From NCBI GenBank assembly GCA_965541585.1, contig CBEUCH010000003.1, positions 96,001 through 160,000 on the forward strand: DNA of 64,000 nt, read 5' to 3'. Below, piece after piece: positions 33,770 through 42,333 of the stretch. This DNA is from an uncultured bacterium (GTDB lineage Bacteria; Zixibacteria; MSB-5A5; UBA10806). Below the pieces are notes generated by a model. That model saw nothing but the letters and a program-made list of their open reading frames with translations, ran no database searches and had not been told where the DNA came from. Each line of letters opens with the position of its first letter. The stretch's first letter is position 1. Made by a program: the position numbers and the translations under genes.

Positions 33770-33797
33770 GGCCCTCTCACAAGAGAGGGCCTTTTTT
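33770..33797 (+). terminator. Intrinsic terminator
   Basis: GGCCCTCTC-ACAA-GAGAGGGCC-TTTTTT. Confidence 0.85.
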
Positions 33798-33811
33798 ATG
33801 TTAGGTTGGCT

Positions 33812-34789
33812 TTACGGGATTGAGCTCTTAAAGACGAACCTGACAGGATAGACTATCCACACGGGGAGCCTCTCTCCATTGGTTTCCGCAGGCGTATATC
33901 TGCTTTTCAAAGCAGCCTCCAGGGCCGATTCGTCGAATCCCATACCGGAAACGCTGCTGGAGAGGATCAGAGCTTCAGCGACTTTCCCGTTTTCATCGAT
34001 TCGGGCCTTTACCCATACAACTCCTGATATCCCTCTTTTCTTGGCCCAGACAGGATATTCCGGCAACACAACGTCAACAGGGACGGGCATCTTTTCCACC
34101 GTGACCAACATACTACTCGGCGTCTCCGCCGATCGAATCATCCCGGTATCCACTACGACCCTGGAAAGCGAGGCTCTCGTCTGCTGGGATAATACAGGTA
34201 CAGCCTCATCAGTCAGGTATACAGCATCGATATTGATTGATTCGGGAGCAGGCCTGGCTACTGGTTCGGGGAGTATGGAGAAGGATTCGACTGCCTGATC
34301 CTCACTTTCCGCTATTCTCGCGGGTGCCATTGCATTCTTTTTTGCCCCTTCCTGAGGACGCAGACGGATATCAAGTCTGTCGTATTCTTTCTCTGCCATC
34401 GTGGACGGTTTCTCTCCCCGGCCCCTCTGTAAAGTCGGATCTCCCAGATCGGAAATAGAGAATACCAGAAATATGACAATTGCTGCCGCCAAACCGACTG
34501 ATGCAGCCATTCTGAATATATACTTGCGGTCCACGGTTTCGGCCGTCCGGGTCGAATTCTGGACTCGGATTTTTCCCATTACGGCGTCATCGAATGCTAA
34601 TGCATCGATGGAGGAAATCGCCTTCCGGTCGGCTCTGCTTGATTCCCGAAGCGCATTGATGGTCTCAAGCGCCCGACTGCAGGCCGCACACCCCTCGAGA
34701 TGTAAGGACACAGCTTCCCTCTCGGCCGCGGAGAGTTCGCCATCAGGATATTCCCAGAGCAGTTTTTCAATTTTGTTGCATTCACTCAC
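33812..34789 (-). CDS. Zinc-finger (zf-HC2) anti-sigma factor fused to TonB C-terminal domain
   Basis: N-terminal HLEGCAAC, one TM helix, linker, C-terminal PEYPVWAKKRGISGVVWVKARIDENGKV...FDESALEAA...YTPA...PVRF. Confidence 0.88.
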   Translation of the reverse strand: MSECNKIEKLLWEYPDGELSAAEREAVSLHLEGCAACSRALETINALRESSRADRKAISSIDALAFDDAVMGKIRVQNSTRTAETVDRKYIFRMAASVGLAAAIVIFLVFSISDLGDPTLQRGRGEKPSTMAEKEYDRLDIRLRPQEGAKKNAMAPARIAESEDQAVESFSILPEPVARPAPESINIDAVYLTDEAVPVLSQQTRASLSRVVVDTGMIRSAETPSSMLVTVEKMPVPVDVVLPEYPVWAKKRGISGVVWVKARIDENGKVAEALILSSSVSGMGFDESALEAALKSRYTPAETNGERLPVWIVYPVRFVFKSSIP

Positions 34790-35343
34790 GATTCTTCACC
34801 CCGCTCCAGCATTTCGGTAAGTTTCTCCCTCGCGCGATACAGGCGGGACATGACGGTGCCCATTCTGATCTTGAGCGCCGCGGCTATCTCCTCGTATGAA
34901 TAATCTGCGTAAGCTCTCAACACAATGACCTCTTTGAGCTTTTCGGGAAGCTGCTCGATAGCATTTTCAACCGATTCCACCTGCCTCTTCTTCTCATACG
35001 AAGTATCGGCAGAGACCTGCGTTCGGTCGATGTCCGTATCGCTGATCTCGCGAAATCTCCTCTTAAACCTCGTTCTACTGCGAAGCCGGTCGCGGCATTC
35101 GTTGATTGTGATGCCTGCCGCCCAGGCCACAAATCCCCGTGCCGGATCGTATTTCTTGAGGTGCAGGTAAATCTTGACAAAACTGTCCTGTGCCGCTTCC
35201 TCGGCCTCGGTTTGATTCTTCAGCATCCGCAGGCAAATCGCCAGAATCTTCTGCCTGTATCGTTCCAGAATCTCGCGGAAGGCTCTCTCATCGCCTTCCG
35301 ACGCCAGGACGGCCAGTTCGCCGTCGGTTATTTCCTTTGACAA
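34786..35343 (-). CDS. ECF RNA polymerase sigma factor (SigW/RpoE-like)
   Basis: GDERAF, AEEAAQDSFVK, SYEEIAAALKIRMGTVMSRLYRAR; overlaps the anti-sigma start. Confidence 0.95.
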   Translation of the reverse strand: MSKEITDGELAVLASEGDERAFREILERYRQKILAICLRMLKNQTEAEEAAQDSFVKIYLHLKKYDPARGFVAWAAGITINECRDRLRSRTRFKRRFREISDTDIDRTQVSADTSYEKKRQVESVENAIEQLPEKLKEVIVLRAYADYSYEEIAAALKIRMGTVMSRLYRAREKLTEMLERGEES

Positions 35344-35362
35344 TTCCCGTCCTTATTTAATA

Positions 35363-35388
35363 TACGTCCGCACGTTGCAAATATTCCA
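35363..35388 (-). promoter_or_regulatory. Putative autoregulatory ECF promoter TGGAAT-N16-CGTA
   Basis: Directly upstream of the sigma gene RBS. Confidence 0.55.
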
Positions 35389-35614
35389 AAAACGAAACCG
35401 TTGGGTCGAACTCTCTGACAATCATGCCCTTTCCAGGCGGAATTTGGGAGAAAGAGCTTCTAAAGGCAACTTCAATCTTTATGGAAAGTCTTTATATTGT
35501 GTTTTCGAACTAAGAAACTGAATTAGATTATAGCAATGAGGGTGTCCGGTACTTAGCCCCGACGCAGCATAAATCGACAACGTTGGAACGGAAATATAAT
35601 TAATCTGAGTTTTG

Positions 35615-38600
35615 CTATTTTCGGTTGGCCGATCCCCAGGCCTTGACGCTTTCCACGAAGGCGCCCAACATAACCAGTTCATTTTCTCCGCTGTCCCCTT
35701 CGTAGGCGATATTCAACCATGGGAGTCCCTTGTTATCTTCAGATACTCGAGATGAAATGGCGTTTATTATATTGCCGGGCATACATGTAAACGGCAAAGT
35801 GTTGACGATGCCGGAGCAGCCCTTTTTATACATATCGATGGCCTTTCCTATGGCGGGCATCGCCTCTCCGCCAACACTGATGGGGAGGTATGGCATGGCA
35901 TTCTCAAGCTGTTCGGACATGGGGGTCTCGATCTCTCCATTCAAGCTTTGCTTGATATGGCGCAGGATCAGCCTGTCGTCTTTTTTCTGGAAGTAATCCT
36001 GCAAATAGGCATCGAGTAGATCGCGTAAAGATCGCTTCCTGAAAGAATCGTCCTTATACGTGGTGGTCGTATAATGAATCCATTCGGTGAAATTGGCCAG
36101 GTCGACCTCTACTCCGAGCGACTCCAGCTTCTCCACCAGATGATTATTGGAGAACCTGTTATTCCGAATATAGATCTCGCCGACGACTCCGACTACCGGC
36201 AGGTGATCGCCATTATGGTTGATGATTTCCACGAAGCTGAAGAAAGCGTCCCTGACGATCTCCGGCAGCTTTTCTCCGCCGTTTTCTATATCTCTGACCG
36301 CTTCATCGAGATATTGACGATAGATTCTATTGGCTGCCCCGGATTCCTTTTCTCGCGGCCTGGATTTCAATAGAAATTTCTGGAAGTGATCCACGGCCAG
36401 AAAACCTTTCCATGCCAGGCGACGGAAATTGCCGTTTGTTTCGGGGATTTGGGCGTAAGAATCATCAGAGTTGGGAGAATAAATCGGGACATCCCCGTAA
36501 CCTAAATTTTCTAAAAGCTGTTTATGAAGATGGTGATATTGGCCGAATCGACAGGGCCCACCGGATGTCGGCATGAAAAAGGCGACTCGTTCGGGATCAA
36601 CTTCGGGTTTCTCGAGCTCGCGCGCCAGATCGCCGGAGGTCAGCAATGCGGGGTAGCACTCTCTTCCGCCTGTTAGCTTTCTTCCCAACTCCAGCGACCT
36701 GCTGTCTGTTTCGGCCAGCACATCGGCATCCACCCCGCAGGCCCTGAAGGCGGCGGCAAAGGTTTCGGCATGGTCAGCCATTCGAGGAATCAAGATCTTT
36801 CTCTTATAGCCGTTACCGCGAGCCAGCGGGACAGCTTCAACATACTTCTTATCCTTTTTGGGCAGACTGTCTAAGAACGCCTCGCATCTGGTAATGATGC
36901 CCGCATCGGCAGAATGTTCATCCAGCTCCAGGATCATATGGGGCTTCGAGCCTATTATCCGCTTGAAATGATGAATGATAAATGAATCCGGCCCGCAACT
37001 GAAATTACTGACGTAAATGGGGAAGAGGCCGGGTGTATCCTTGGCCAGTTTTGCCGCCCTTAAGATTCTGCGGCCGCTCTGCCAGTATATAAAGGCAAAA
37101 TCGTCCTGCGGCAATTCCGCCATATCAAACGGGATCACGAGCGCTCCCAGATCGGTCAATTTCTGAGCTAAATCCATCGATACACCGGGGTCGAAGCTAT
37201 TATAATGTCTGCCTATCAGTAATACGGTCGGTTTTTCGGGGGATACCTGCCCGAGAAATTCCCGCCCTTCTTCTACGAGGTCTTTTTTGTATTCTTCGAA
37301 AGCAATGAGCGCCGAATCCAATGCTTTCTTGATCTCCCTGCGCTTAAAACCGTATTCCTTCAGCTCACTATATAATGATCTGGTGACGGCGGCGGTGCCC
37401 TCATCGAATCGGACAATAGGCTTAACCACCTTCATATTGCCCATGCGGTTTTGTAAAGCCGAGATCGCCATAAAAGGAAACGCCTGGATATAAGGGCAAA
37501 AGTAGTTCATGGTGCCTTTGGGCGGTTCATCGGTTCCGGTTATTATGGATGGCAAGAATATAAAATCGAGTTCACGCCTTGATAGATCGAGCATATGTCC
37601 GTGAGCTACTTTTACCGGAAAGCAGGTCTCAGCCCCGACCGATTCGGCCCCTTCCTTGACTATGCCGCCGGTGCTTTTTCTCGAGATAACTACCTTGCAT
37701 CCCAGTTGTGCAAAAAACCGTCGCCATAGATACAGGTATTCCCAGTTGGCCAGAGCGCGCGGAATTCCGATAGTCAGCTTGCGAGCGCTGACTACTCTGG
37801 GCGGCGATGTTAGAAAACGTTTGTTGCGGATCGCCACAGGATTGGGATGGATGTCTTTAATTCCACGTTCGGCATCGTATTTTTCGCATCGCGAACCGTA
37901 ATAAAGCTCCCTGCCGCTGTCGTTGATCCTGGTGATATTGCACATATTGGCGCAGTCTTCGCAGAGAAAGGTCTCCTGGTGAATCTTGCGTCTTGCGATT
38001 TCGAATCCCTTGAAACTCGTCTTTTGAACTCCACTTCTCTTGGCCAGCAACGCCGCTCCAACCGCCCCGGTTACGTCATGATGCGGAGGCACGATGATCT
38101 CTTTGCCCAAAACCGTTTCAAAAGCCGCTATCACGGCCTTATTCCAGGCGACCCCACCCTGGAAGAGGATTTTATTTCCTATCCTCTTTCGTCCGACGAC
38201 CTTATTGAGGTAATTATGAACGACGGCGAATGCCAGCCCGGCGGCTATCTCGTTCTTCTCGGCGCCGCTCTGCTCGAACCTCATCAGATCGGACTCCATG
38301 AAAACGGTGCATCTCTCGCCGCATGCGACCGGGCTTTGAGCCGCAAAGGATAGATTTGCGAAATCGGTCTTGATATTGATTGCCAGCCTTTCGGCCTGTT
38401 CCTCGAGGAAGGATCCGGTGCCCGCAGCGCAGGCGCGGTTCATCTCGAAATCGACTACCACCCCGTTTTCCAGACTGATGAATTTAGAATCCTGCCCGCC
38501 TATTTCGAAGATTGTATCGGCCTCGGGTACAAACATGGTCCCGCCGGTAGCCTGGGCCGTGATTTCGTTTCGGATAACGTCTGCGCCGACAAGCTCGCCG

Positions 38601-39763
38601 ATTAAATATCTCCCGGATCCGGTAGTGGCCACACCCAGAACCTCGAAATCTTCAGCGATCTCACCTCTTATCTCTTCCAATCCCTGCTGCATAATCTCGA
38701 TCGGCCGGCCGGCGGTCATGAGATACCGTCTGGAAATGACCTCATTATCAGGACTCATCAGCACCAGGTTGGTAGAAAGCGATCCAATATCGATGCCGAG
38801 ATAACCCCGTTTCAGATCCGGGCGAGGTTTTTCTTCGGCTCTGGTTTTTTCAAAATATTTGCTGGATGGGTATTGAAAGTCCAGACTATCCGTGCGTGGC
38901 ATATTTGAAACGAAGAGCGTCTTTGCCTTGGCCCCGATTTCTTTGAGTCGGGCAGTATCGATCTTGAAGTCGCCAGCCATGATTGCTCCCCCGATTGCCC
39001 CTGCCAGGTTATGCCAGGCGGGAAGGACAAAATCGGTATCTGCAAGCTCGAAGACTTCTTTGAAGGCTCTTATCACTCCCGGGTTCGAGCCAACCCCGCC
39101 CAGGAATATCACCGGAGTTTCGATCCGCTTGGTCTTGACTATGCTTCCTTTGAAATTCCTGGCGACCGCAAAGCATAAACCGGCAATTATGTCTCCGACC
39201 GGCACGCCCCGTTGTTGATGGTGAATCATATCGGATTTGGCGAAAACGGAGCATCGCCCGGCGATATGCGGCGGGTTTTCCGATTTGACGGCCAGCTCAC
39301 CGAACTCGTCCTCGATATTTATCCCTATCCTGGCCGCCTGCTGGTCGAGAAACGAACCGGTACCGGCGGCGCATAATCCGCTGGCGGCAAAATCATCCAG
39401 CGTGGAAACGATGCTTTCACCGGCAGGGGAGAGGTGAATATATTTTGCCTGCTGCCCGCCCATCTCGAAAATAGTCCGGGCATCCGGGGCAAGCTTGCCA
39501 ACTGTCGCGCTGATTGCGGAGAATTCGTTGATATACGGCGCACCCAGCGATCTGGCCAGTTGCGACGCGCCGCCACCCGTGAGGCCCCATGATGACAGCC
39601 CAGAGTACTTATCATTCAGACGCGCTATTTCAAATGTGGCGCAGTCTATCGGGTTGCCTCTGTGACGGACATAGATCGATTCGACAATATTCAGATCGTC
39701 GTCCAGAATTACGGCCGAGATGGATACCGAGCCGATGTCAATGCCAAGTCGCAAGCGATTCAT
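35615..39763 (-). CDS. CoA-substrate-specific enzyme activase fusion (two BadF/HgdC-type ATPase domains plus DUF2229-like domains)
   Basis: Two GIDIGS motifs, CAAGTGSF twice, RCSVFAKSD/RCTVFMESD, ETCFPVK, NFSCGPD, GPCRFGQY, PFTCMP. Confidence 0.9.
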   Translation of the reverse strand: MNRLRLGIDIGSVSISAVILDDDLNIVESIYVRHRGNPIDCATFEIARLNDKYSGLSSWGLTGGGASQLARSLGAPYINEFSAISATVGKLAPDARTIFEMGGQQAKYIHLSPAGESIVSTLDDFAASGLCAAGTGSFLDQQAARIGINIEDEFGELAVKSENPPHIAGRCSVFAKSDMIHHQQRGVPVGDIIAGLCFAVARNFKGSIVKTKRIETPVIFLGGVGSNPGVIRAFKEVFELADTDFVLPAWHNLAGAIGGAIMAGDFKIDTARLKEIGAKAKTLFVSNMPRTDSLDFQYPSSKYFEKTRAEEKPRPDLKRGYLGIDIGSLSTNLVLMSPDNEVISRRYLMTAGRPIEIMQQGLEEIRGEIAEDFEVLGVATTGSGRYLIGELVGADVIRNEITAQATGGTMFVPEADTIFEIGGQDSKFISLENGVVVDFEMNRACAAGTGSFLEEQAERLAINIKTDFANLSFAAQSPVACGERCTVFMESDLMRFEQSGAEKNEIAAGLAFAVVHNYLNKVVGRKRIGNKILFQGGVAWNKAVIAAFETVLGKEIIVPPHHDVTGAVGAALLAKRSGVQKTSFKGFEIARRKIHQETFLCEDCANMCNITRINDSGRELYYGSRCEKYDAERGIKDIHPNPVAIRNKRFLTSPPRVVSARKLTIGIPRALANWEYLYLWRRFFAQLGCKVVISRKSTGGIVKEGAESVGAETCFPVKVAHGHMLDLSRRELDFIFLPSIITGTDEPPKGTMNYFCPYIQAFPFMAISALQNRMGNMKVVKPIVRFDEGTAAVTRSLYSELKEYGFKRREIKKALDSALIAFEEYKKDLVEEGREFLGQVSPEKPTVLLIGRHYNSFDPGVSMDLAQKLTDLGALVIPFDMAELPQDDFAFIYWQSGRRILRAAKLAKDTPGLFPIYVSNFSCGPDSFIIHHFKRIIGSKPHMILELDEHSADAGIITRCEAFLDSLPKKDKKYVEAVPLARGNGYKRKILIPRMADHAETFAAAFRACGVDADVLAETDSRSLELGRKLTGGRECYPALLTSGDLARELEKPEVDPERVAFFMPTSGGPCRFGQYHHLHKQLLENLGYGDVPIYSPNSDDSYAQIPETNGNFRRLAWKGFLAVDHFQKFLLKSRPREKESGAANRIYRQYLDEAVRDIENGGEKLPEIVRDAFFSFVEIINHNGDHLPVVGVVGEIYIRNNRFSNNHLVEKLESLGVEVDLANFTEWIHYTTTTYKDDSFRKRSLRDLLDAYLQDYFQKKDDRLILRHIKQSLNGEIETPMSEQLENAMPYLPISVGGEAMPAIGKAIDMYKKGCSGIVNTLPFTCMPGNIINAISSRVSEDNKGLPWLNIAYEGDSGENELVMLGAFVESVKAWGSANRK

Positions 39764-39875
39764 TGAGCGGGAATATATAATAAGATTATGGAATTCTGCA
39801 AATAAAAAATGATGCTATGGAGTCTTATTTGTCGATGATTAAAAGACTTCGAGGGATTGATGAACAGGCTTTCGG

Positions 39876-40002
39876 TGTCATTCCCAACCCGATCGGGAAT
39901 CTACTCTTTGTCATGCCGGACTTGTCCATACGGATCCGTAGGAATCCGGCATCCATTCCCCGCATCCGCACCCTCTGGATTCCTGCTTCCGCAGGAATGA
40001 CA
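39876..40002. repeat. Cluster of TGTCAT-type palindromic (REP/RPE-like) repeats
   Basis: TGTCATTCCC..GGGAATCT; TGTCATGCCGGACTTG[19 nt]ATCCGGCATCCA; inverted TGGATTCCTGC..GCAGGAATGACA. Confidence 0.8.
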
Positions 40003-40090
40003 TGAGTATCGCTATTTCAAATACGACAATTTTATAACGACAGAATTATTATTATTTCCTGCTCTGGCGAAGTGGTCGGGGCGCTGATTC

Positions 40091-40984
40091 TTATTTGTTA
40101 AAATTCGCTTCATACCATTCCTGCCATTTTCTTTGAAAAGATAACAACTCTTCAGGAGAATCATCTGGATTGTATTTATAATTATCATCCATATTTCTTC
40201 CAGATGAAAGTCTTTGTAATGCCGACCAGGATACTCCTCTTATATATCTACTCGTATCAGTAATCTTGCTTATCAGAACGGGCAATGCCCGTTCGGGATC
40301 AGCGTATCGCAGCAACCGAATCGACTCTGCTTGAATTAATGGGCTGTTGCTTTGTATAAGCTTGAAAGCATAATCGCTTAGATCGTTAAGGATATTGTTC
40401 CTGTCAATACTAGCCTGATAATCAGGCGAAGGCTCATTTGACCAGATATGACCGCCTATAGCATATCGCAAAGCAATAGAATTTAACAAACTGTCCGATG
40501 AGTCAAGCCAGCCTCGAAGAATATCGACCCTATCGTTAATATCGGTTTTGGATTCGATGCGAAGTATCTGGTTCACGAGACCGGTAATACTTTCAACCGA
40601 AGCCCTTTCAAGAATACTGGAATATTCACCTATGGTATCTCGAGGCCACTTGGCGGTAGCACCAGCAGTCAGTTTGGCGATATCCGCTTCAATAGACATT
40701 AAAAATAGAAGTACATATTCGTCCTCGACAAAATCGACCTTGCCCCATGCAATCGTAGCGCGATTATTTATGGTTAACTCTTTCGGGTCCTTTCCCTTTA
40801 ACATTCGATCAGTAATCAGAATCGTTTTTCCATCTTTAAAGGTAATAGTCCCCGTAGCAATGATATCGGATTTAATTGCCAAATCGAGCAGGCCGCCCCC
40901 CCATACAGAAGTTGGAAAACTTCTTTGGGCTGTTACACATAGAACAAGAAAGATAATAATCCCAAAAATGATTCGACTTCTCAT
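40091..40984 (-). CDS. Exported hypothetical protein with C-terminal HEAT-like repeat
   Basis: Signal-like N-terminus, RBS AGGAG, ALPVLISKITD...IRGVSWSALQRL, WQEWYE end; visibly AT-rich. Confidence 0.7.
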   Translation of the reverse strand: MRSRIIFGIIIFLVLCVTAQRSFPTSVWGGGLLDLAIKSDIIATGTITFKDGKTILITDRMLKGKDPKELTINNRATIAWGKVDFVEDEYVLLFLMSIEADIAKLTAGATAKWPRDTIGEYSSILERASVESITGLVNQILRIESKTDINDRVDILRGWLDSSDSLLNSIALRYAIGGHIWSNEPSPDYQASIDRNNILNDLSDYAFKLIQSNSPLIQAESIRLLRYADPERALPVLISKITDTSRYIRGVSWSALQRLSSGRNMDDNYKYNPDDSPEELLSFQRKWQEWYEANFNK

Positions 40985-40996
40985 TGTAAAATTCTC

Positions 40997-41182
40997 CTAA
41001 TCAGTATGAACATTATTCATACGATGTTGTTCCCCAGGGTTACCCCAGTCGAAATCATGATTATCATTCATATTATTATCGACGGTATTAGAGGTTTCCG
41101 CTTCAATAGGATGCATTCCGGTGTACATAGGGTTGGGCAGAGGCCAGCCATTAGGCCAATGGGGATAATTTGGATGGCAAAA
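40997..41182 (-). pseudogene. Possible 3' remnant of a lost gene
   Basis: 61 stop-free codons (FCHPNYPHWPNGW...NNVHTD) whose TAG overlaps the RBS of the next gene; bounded upstream by a stop. Confidence 0.35.
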
Positions 41183-41340
41183 CTAACATGATAAGCTTTG
41201 AGGACTCTCATTTCAAATAACTCCATGGTGAAAGTTCTAATATAAATGTATGAAATAGTCGCTATTTGTCAAGATATTCAAAGGCAACGACGTTCAAATT
41301 CCCTTTGTCCAAGCGGTGGGAATATCATATATATCTGACT

Positions 41341-42333
41341 ATGGGCAAGTCGATTGCGGAAGGAATAAAAACCCAAACCGATGAAACGATCTCCCAGGCA
41401 AGACCAGCAGCCGGCTGGTACGCCTGGATCTTCAGGTTGAGGATCGAGGAGTTTCTGGCGCTGGTATTCTTTGGGCCAATGGTCTATTTCACCGCCAGTG
41501 CTTATTTCTTCTTCAAATCGCAGGGCCACGTGCCGAACGTCTTCATCGGTGATGTCCAGCGAGTTTTCGCGGTGGTTGTTGCCGTGGCTGTTGCCCTTCT
41601 TATTGTACGATATCGTCCCAACTGGAGATTCTTGCGCGATTCGCTCCCCTTCGCATATTGTATCGCCATATACTCCAATCTTCATGACACCATACATTTC
41701 GTCAATCCCAACGATATCCATGATAAACTGATCGCCATCGACCAGTGGATCTTTGGTGTCCAGCCGGTCGTCTGGGCCGAGCAATTCATTAATCCGGTGC
41801 TGACCGAGATCTTCTCATTTTGCTATATGATCTTTTTCCTCTTTGGGCCTGTAGTTGCGCTCACGCTATATCTGCAGAAAAAAAGAATCGAATTTCGGAC
41901 AACTCTGGTTTCGGTCATCCTTTGTTTCTATGCGGGATATTTCCTTTATGTGCTGTTCCCGGCAGCGCCACCCCGGATAATGCTAAAAGAAATGTATACG
42001 CTCACGTTTAGCGGCACGCCGATCGCCGATGCGACATTGAAGATGGTGAATCTGTTGCCGTCGGATTCTCGGGCGGCGTTTCCGTCGCTGCATGCCGCGG
42101 TCACCTTGCTTTCTTTGATGTTTGCCTATAAATATGTTCGCTGGTTGTTCTGGACAATGCTGCCTTTCTGCACCGGCCTGATATTGTCAACCGTGTATCT
42201 GCGGCATCATTACGTTATCGATCTGATCGCCGGGTTCGGGCTTGGCATTCTGGCATTTATACTGGCTCCGAGGATCGATTCCTGGTGGAAGTCGAAAAAG
42301 CCGAAAGCGTTGCAGGTGAACGCCGATGCCTAA
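41341..42333 (+). CDS. PAP2-superfamily membrane protein (Aur1/IPC-synthase-like)
   Basis: PAAPPR, AFPSLH, STVYLRHHYVID motifs; multiple TM helices. Confidence 0.85.
   Translation: MGKSIAEGIKTQTDETISQARPAAGWYAWIFRLRIEEFLALVFFGPMVYFTASAYFFFKSQGHVPNVFIGDVQRVFAVVVAVAVALLIVRYRPNWRFLRDSLPFAYCIAIYSNLHDTIHFVNPNDIHDKLIAIDQWIFGVQPVVWAEQFINPVLTEIFSFCYMIFFLFGPVVALTLYLQKKRIEFRTTLVSVILCFYAGYFLYVLFPAAPPRIMLKEMYTLTFSGTPIADATLKMVNLLPSDSRAAFPSLHAAVTLLSLMFAYKYVRWLFWTMLPFCTGLILSTVYLRHHYVIDLIAGFGLGILAFILAPRIDSWWKSKKPKALQVNADA

Noticed and set aside
39817..40005. 62-aa ORF ending WIPASAGMT
   Set aside because: It is a translation of the palindromic repeat cluster, not a gene.
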